From assembly GCF_009914755.1 (NCBI RefSeq), contig NC_060929.1: a stretch of 64,000 bases of DNA; one strand, given 5' to 3'. Below the pieces are notes generated by a model. The model had not been told where the DNA came from. It did no database searches and saw nothing but the letters and a program-made list of their open reading frames with translations. The DNA is from the human T2T-CHM13v2.0 reference genome, Homo sapiens. The position numbers and the translations under genes are program-made. Positions 50,413 to 64,000 of this stretch are shown here, piece by piece. Each line of letters starts with the position of its first letter. Position 1 is the stretch's first letter.

Positions 50413-51841
50413 AAAATAATCTCCCAGAAAGTTTATCTTTGCTTCTGTTTGTGTTTGTTTCTTAGATCGGGGTATAAAATAACACAATTATAAAAGAAAA
50501 TTGAAAAACACACAAGTCTTGATGTTTAGGAAATACTTTTATACAAAGAATCCCAATCAGCTTCCAAGAAACACATGCACACCACACACACAAACACACA
50601 CACACGATACATAGACATACACACACACACAAATGCCAGTGAACACCACACCTTCTCCTGGAGTCTTTATCCACTAGCGACAAGTCTATGTACTATACTG
50701 TTGCTTTACATTGGTCTCTTTTTTTAAAAGACCCTTAAAAGAGAACCTCTCTTGTTCCAAGAAGTCATTTCTGGAAGGGAAGTTTTTCTTCCTATTCCTT
50801 TCCAGAAACATACCACAATTTCTCATAGGCCAGCTCTTCTAGAGTGCTGATGGGAAAGCCACTGCTTCAACAGGAAGCATGTCCATTGTTGTAGAGATCT
50901 GATTGTTGAGATGTTCTACTTGTCTAGAATTGAAGACTACATTCATGAGGCTATCAACCATCAGCGCCAGTGAGACTATATAACAAAGAAGTTCACCCTT
51001 TTTGCCAATTAACAGAATTTTCATTATTTAAAAATGAATATTCTGTCTCCATTGAAATTTATTTTCTCCAGGATAAAAATCTCTGGTTAATTCAACCCTT
51101 TTTTCTCAAGTGTTATTTCCCTTATAATATTTCTATCCTGGACCATACTCCTTGGATCTGTTACAATTAGGCATTGTCCATCTTAAAATATGTTAGTATG
51201 TTGTCCAAAAATAGACTAATCACCAAAATTTTTTTTTTCCGACAGATACAGAGAAATTAAAACTACCACCTCTCTACTAAACCTTCCCTTCTATTAATGC
51301 AGCTGAATACGCCAAGGATCATGTTTACAATATAGAAACATCATTAGAATAAAATCTGACGTGTTTGCAAATACCAGGCTTGCTGCATAAGAATAATGAG
51401 GAATGAACTAAAATAAAGATGCCAGGACTCCACCCTACAAATTATCATTCAATAGAACTGAAGAAAGCCCTAAACAATCTAATTTTTTTTAATTGGTATA
51501 TATTCAGAATTAGAAAATTCAGAGATAGATGTCTGACCCAGCTCAATACAAGAGGGTCCCGGTTGAAAGCAATATCACTACTGCATGAGATTAACAGGAA
51601 ATCTCTCTTAGAGAAGGTGAAATTTCATTTGAGCCCAGCATGGCAGAACTGTGGTTATTCACCAGAGTCCTTCCTGGCAAGTGAGAATGGAACCCAACCT
51701 CTACTTCTCTTACTAACTGGCTCATAACAACTCACCCTCTCCCAGCAGCCTCTGTGCAGATCCATGCAAATAGGTCTATTTGGACAAGAATTTAGCCGGA
51801 ACATTCACTCAACACAGTATCCACAGCAAAGAAACAGTCTT

Positions 51842-51899
51842 CTCCAAGTTGTTGGTCACATCCTGCTTGTCCTCATTCTGGTATTTTGGTTTTCCTCTG
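51842..51899 (+). pseudogene. Putative SPINK pseudogene, signal-peptide exon (LQVVGHILLVLILVFWFSS, phase-1 donor)
   Basis: Hydrophobic 19-mer ending in SS followed by G|GTAAGC, the same architecture as SPINK7 exon 1. No ATG at the equivalent position, but an in-frame ATG at 51764. Confidence 0.55.
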
Positions 51900-52258
51900 G
51901 TAAGCATCTGGTTATTAATGAGCACTCCCTCTCTGTCATCCATAAAGTCTACGACCATACTTAGGGTAAAAAATGGTAAGTGCTAAATCACATCACAAAA
52001 TTGTCTGATGGAAAATGGAAAATAGTTCTTAAATTGACTACGAATTTTAAAAACTTCTTGTCTGCAAATAATTTTAAAGAGCAAATTTTGATCCTTTTCA
52101 CTGTTTTCTTCTTTTTTAGATATTCTTAGTGAGACCAAACATTAGTTTGAGTCTGTATATGATTTATCAAGTTTTGTAAAAGTTGTTTTAAAGCTATTGC
52201 ATTCATTTAAATTTTTAAATCTTGTTTTCAAACAGAATTTTATCATTTTAAAACATTT

Positions 52259-55936
<3,678 letters not shown>

Positions 55937-56695
55937 ATTTTAAAACATTTTAATGAGAATTTCTTAATTTTATTCTCTGTGATAGGATGGACTGGTGCAA
56001 TTTTTTTTTTTTTTTTAACAAACGAGGGAAATTAAGCTAGAAAGCATAGGTGGGGACCTAGGATTAAATGCCATATATTCTAATTCCAAGTCCAAGTCCA
56101 ATCCTCTTTTCATTATGCCACCCTGATTTTCAACATCAGTATGGTATCATTGACTTAAAATCTAGGGAAAATAAGTTATAACTAAAATATCTTTACATTA
56201 TGTCTAACATATGACCTGTATGAGCAAAAATCAGTTTTGAGAAAGCATCAATGAAGCTGAGATCTCCCCAAGTCATTACTTACCCACAAAGAAAAGCATT
56301 GTTTCCCAATGAATAAATAATTGCAGGAAATAGTTTGCAGTAATCAATTTGTATGAGTAAAAATAAAGATATTTTATATTGAGTATTTCCTCACAATGAC
56401 TGTATACTACTCAAAAGCCCTAGCAATTTTTTTTGTCTAACTTTCAAATAATCTAAGATAATGATGGCTAACAGTTGTTTTAGACTAGAACTTGTGAAAT
56501 ATGTTTTATGTTTGTTATTTCATTTATTTCTCTCAATTATACTATGAGAAATTTCCTGTTATCCACTGAGATTTGGCAAGAAGGTATTTATAGAAAACCA
56601 CAAAGTTAGTTAGCATTTTTGCCTTGATGATTTGACTTTATACCCCATATGTTTAATCACTATAGTCTACAGCCTGTGTACATGAAAGCTTGCAG

Positions 56696-56858
56696 GTAAA
56701 TTGTAATAGATATATTGATATGACACAGGTATACTCTGTAATAGATACATTGATCATAACACAAGTATACTCTGACACTGGGAGCTCATCTTTACCCCTG
56801 TGTGTGGTACACATAGAAAAACTTATGTCAATCCCTGCCAACTGTACATGAAGATCAG
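56696..56858 (+). pseudogene. Putative SPINK pseudogene, Kazal exon
   Basis: ttgcag|GTA AAT TGT AAT AGA TAT (VNCNRY) ... TPVCGTHRKTYVNPCQLYMKI AG|GTAAAG. Disrupted by a tandem duplication. Confidence 0.85.
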
Positions 56859-58098
56859 GTAAAGATATCAATGGAACAATGATATAGAATGTGCACAAAA
56901 TATACGTCTTTACTTTAATAATTCCTCACTGTCAGGAATGGAAGAGAGCCAGTCAACAGCCTCATTTTATGGATGGAAACACTGAGCTCCAAAAGCTGAA
57001 AATGCTTCATTGCTTATGTGGAAGTCCAAGAGAAGAACCCAGGTCTGCTTAGTCCCAATCAATTCAGGGACCAAATACTATTTCCAGAGTTTTATCCACT
57101 ATATCTTATGATACCTGGAAATCAAATTCCTTCTACTATGATATGACCTAGTACGTATATCTATAAAGAACTTTATAGTTTACAAAACACTTTCATAGCC
57201 CAGTTGTAGGGCTGTAAGTGGCAGACGGGTCTACTGGCTCAGGGTCTAAATAACGTTTGTTCTGCAGACTTACATAAGAAAGCTAAGGAAACATCTAGCT
57301 TCATAGGAGACCAGGGCAGGCTTAGTTCTGCAATCTATATGACATCCAAAGTAGACACCAGACTGTTGATAATGCTGACCTTTTTCTTCCAGCATTTATC
57401 AAAACTCACGACCTTAAAAGTATCCCCAATCTTTCTGAAATTGAAGTCTAGATTTGGTCTACAATGGATACATTCCCAGAATCCTTTTAATATTTATAAA
57501 TGAATTTAAAAATAGTTATTGCTGTTCAAATTTTAAAACCCGCCTATAAGCAAAATATAGAAGATACAATTATGGAATACAGAACAGAACATGCATATTT
57601 TTAATGTATGAAATATAAAAGTAAAAATAGAGGTGAAAAATCGCTAGACAAAAATGCTGATTGAGGGAAGTGTATGGAGACAGATGAACTACTTATTGGG
57701 TTATGAGATACTGTCTAAAGATGATGACATAGAAATAGTGACTAAAGTACATTACTTTAGGTTACAAAGTTAACAAGCAGAATTTTAAAAAGTCATGATA
57801 TGCCTATCAAAAACTGGGATGAATGAAAAGGAAATGTAAATTAATACTTTTTTCCTCCATAGGTGGGAGTCAACAAATAATTTTAGCTTGTAAGGCAATA
57901 GATGTATATTATTAAGAATTATGATGGCAATAATCTAAAAACAGAAATGGTTCAAATGAGTTCCCACTGAAGTGTGATGCTGATGATAAAAGACTGGTTT
58001 TTCATTATAAACTGTTTAATGTCAATGGAATTTATAAGTATTTCTTACAATGACATATATATTAACTTTATTAACTTTCTTTCCTTCTTTATTCTTAG

Positions 58099-58133
58099 GA
58101 AGAGTAAATCATTCCCACATGGGAAGCTGCTAA
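58099..58133 (+). pseudogene. Putative SPINK pseudogene, terminal exon ((G)RVNHSHMGSC*)
   Basis: Strong pyrimidine tract plus cttag|. Aligns to SPINK7 GRVQFLHDGSC*, including GGA AGY TGC TAA. Confidence 0.8.
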
Positions 58134-59309
58134 CTTGCCGTCATATGAATGTGAAGTAAATTTGTTTTTAAAATTTTACCTTTTGAAGGTTAGGTATTGG
58201 AGAAGAAGTGATTTCATTGAGATTTGTCTCTCTGTGTGATCAATCAGCATTTGCATCTTTATGGTCTTTATGAATCCTTCTCATCATTGTTTTCATTATA
58301 AAACTCCACCAAGCAGCTCAGGAGAACACAATGAACCCAGGAGACTCATGGGCTTAACGCAACCTGAACATTTACAAGGTATGTAGCCCGCGAAAGTAAT
58401 TTAATGTGTATCTAAAGTATTTCTTTCCTTACTTATAAAATAAAGAGAATAATCACCCCTAATTAGACATGTATATTGTGGGAGTCAGATGAGATAATGC
58501 ATGCAAACATGCTTTATAAACTATAATGTCCTACAAAAATCTAAAGAAACAATTATGATCTGAATGCCCATCCTTCTCCAATATTTACTAAGGCCTAAAA
58601 ACATAAATCACTTTCTTTGCAACATGCATGGCATATTAAAGAAATACAACCAGTAATTTTTCAAGTTTTTTTCCCCTTGCTTGAAAAATGAAAACATTTC
58701 TATTCGTTAGAAATTGATATTAGAAAGTGAAAAGGAGAATGTATAACTTGGAACATACAAAGATTATACACATTCGTTTACATAGTTTATCCCATTAAAA
58801 CATGGCCTATTGAGCTCAATAGTATGGGTTTGCAACATAAAATGAGATATTTACATAATCTCAAAGAATCTCGTCATAAAGTTTATTAATTATGAAAGAA
58901 GAGTAACTTTATAGTAGAAAAATCATTCAGACACTGCCCTTACTCAAGTGATCAAAGTTGACATCATTAATGATAGGCAAATCAACATCATATATACTGG
59001 CTGAAAAGATACAATATGCAGAACACAGAATAACGTTTCGATTTCTCTAACAAAAATGCACAACCTGAATATAATCATTATGAGATATCAGACAAACTCA
59101 AATTCAGAAACATTCTACAAAATCACTGGTCTATAACTTCCAAAACCAAGAAAGCACTGTTTCAATGTTATGCCTTGAAGAAGACTGAAGAACATGATAA
59201 TGCATGATCCTGAATGGGTCTTATTATTATTATTATTATTAATGGGAAATAATTTACAAAGCATAAAATTCATGGCTTTTTGTACCCTCAGAGAGAGAGA
59301 GAGAGTCAA

Positions 59310-60522
59310 AATTCATGTTTTTAAAATATAAATTTCAGTAGTTTCTGGTCTGTTAACAAAATTGTGCAATCATCACCGCTATCTAATGCCAGGACATTTC
59401 ATTATACCAAAAAGAAACTATTCCCTTAGCAGTCACTCCTATCTACCCCCCTACTATCCTCCCAACCCCTGGGAATCACTAATCTAATTTCTGTCTGTGG
59501 ACTTGCTATTCTTGACATTATATATAAATAAAATCATGCAATATGTGCTTTTTGTGTCTGGCTTCTTTTACTTAGCATTAAGTTTTCAAGGTTAATCCAT
59601 GTTGTGGCATGTATCAGTATTTCATTCCTTTATACAGCTGAAATATATTCCATTGCATGGATATATGACATTCAATCATTCATAAATTGATGGATAGTTG
59701 GGTTGTTTCCAATTTGGGGTTTTATAAATAAGGCTGCTATGTACATTCATGTACAAGTTTTGTGTGGACATGTTTTCAATAATCTTGAATAAATACCTAA
59801 GAGTGGAATTGCTAGTAATTCTATGTTTAACTTTTTGAGGAGCTACCAAACTATTTTTCAAAGCAGCTTCACCATTTTACATTTTCATTTACATTTATAC
59901 CAGCGATGTATAATGGTTCCAATTTCTCTACCTATTCACCAACACGTCACCTGTCTTTTTTATCTTAACCATCCTAATGGATGGGGAGTGATAACTGATG
60001 TTGATTTTCATGTCCCTAATAACTAATGGTGTTAGCGGTCTTTTCATGTGCTTATTGACCTTTTGCATTTCTTTGGAGAAATGTCCATTCAAATCCTTTG
60101 CTCATTTTTAATCAGATTTATTATTGAACTGTAATTTTTTATATATATTCTAGATACCAGTGTCTCATAAGATACATGATTTGCAAATATTTTCTCTCAT
60201 TCTGTGAGCTGTCCTTTGAGGCACAAAATCTTTCAATTTTCATAATGTCCAATTTACCTATTATATCTTTTGTCTTGTACTTTTAATGTCATATCTAAGA
60301 AATCATTGCCTATTCAAAGGTTACTAAGATTTACACTTTGGGTTTTTTCTAAAAGTTATTTCATTTTTAGATTTTACATGTAACTCTCTGATCCATTTTC
60401 AGTTACTTTTTATATGTGGTATCTTATGTTATTTTGCATGTGGATATCCAGTTGTCCCAGCCTGAATTTTCGAAAAGATTATTCTCCGAAGAATTGTCTT
60501 GGCACCCTTGTCAAAAATCAAT
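59310..60522 (-). mobile_element. Old L1MB-type 3' segment
   Basis: ttgtgcaatcatcaccgctatcta...ccctgggaatcactaatcta...gatttgcaaatattttctctcattctgtg. Confidence 0.85.
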
Positions 60523-60524
60523 TC

Positions 60525-61025
60525 GCCATATATCCAAAATATACAAGGAACTCAAACAATTCAGTGACAAAAAAACTATTAAAATTGGGACAAGGACCTG
60601 AATAAACATTTCTTGAATGAAGACATACAAATGGTCAACAGATATATGAAAAAATGCTCAACATCTCTAATTACTAGAGAAATGTGAATTAAAACCACAA
60701 TAGTATATCACTTTGCACCTGTTAGATTGGCTAGGATCAAAAAGATGAAAGATAACAAGTGTTGGTGAGAATGTGAGAAAAAGGAATATGTACACTGTTG
60801 GTGGGATTGTGAATTAGTACAGTCATTTTGGAAAATGACATAAAAGTTTCTCAAAAACTAAAAATTGAATTACCATGCTATCCAGCAATCCCACTTCTGG
60901 GTATACATCCAAAGAAACTGAAACTGGTAGTCAACGAGATGTCTGCATTTCCATGTTCATTGCAGCATTATTCACAATAGCCAAGATATAGAAATAACCA
61001 AAGTGCCCATCAACAGAGGAATGAA
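60525..61025 (+). mobile_element. Old L1MA-type ORF2 end, cut by a younger L1
   Basis: atatccaaaatatacaaggaactcaaac...ccagcaatcccacttctgggtatacatccaaa...catgttcattgcagcattattcacaatagccaagata. Confidence 0.85.

Positions 61026-64000
<2,975 letters not shown>

Noticed and set aside
56719-56730. tatgacacag|gt, identical to the SPINK7 exon 3 acceptor, as the relic's acceptor
   Set aside because: It lies inside the duplicated unit and would exclude the VNC (Cys1) codons. The 56695/56696 site fits the length and phase better, though the match may not be chance.
60500-60545. Strand switch between old L1 pieces as another twin-priming inversion
   Set aside because: The arms cover overlapping L1 regions, look like different old subfamilies, and no enclosing TSD is visible in the window.

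Overview
AT-rich, repeat-dense primate DNA, recognisable as the human 5q32 Kazal-type protease-inhibitor cluster. I assembled two intact 4-coding-exon genes by hand on the + strand: SPINK13 (CDS 4587-20562, 94 aa) and SPINK7/ECRG2 (CDS 46995-50195, 85 aa). Much of the rest is transposon-derived: a near full-length antisense L1PA in a SPINK13 intron, a 5'-inverted L1PA3/4, a third L1PA running off the right end, Alus, MaLR/ERV1 LTRs, Tigger and Charlie fossils, and an internally deleted piggyBac (MER75 ends plus a PGBD4-like transposase C-terminus). Most ORF-track entries are repeat-derived or noise. Main findings: (1) a degraded third SPINK gene just downstream of SPINK7 (signal-peptide, Kazal and terminal exons at about 51842-58133), split by the inverted L1; (2) an L1 ORF0-like frame with a perfect phase-0 donor that could splice in frame to the SPINK13 Kazal exons; (3) a poly(A)-less L1 with a perfect 17-bp TSD; (4) an 85-bp copy of SPINK13 upstream DNA inside its own intron. 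Repeat subfamily names come from recalled consensus sequences, not from a database search. Small MIR/L2 fragments are not listed exhaustively.
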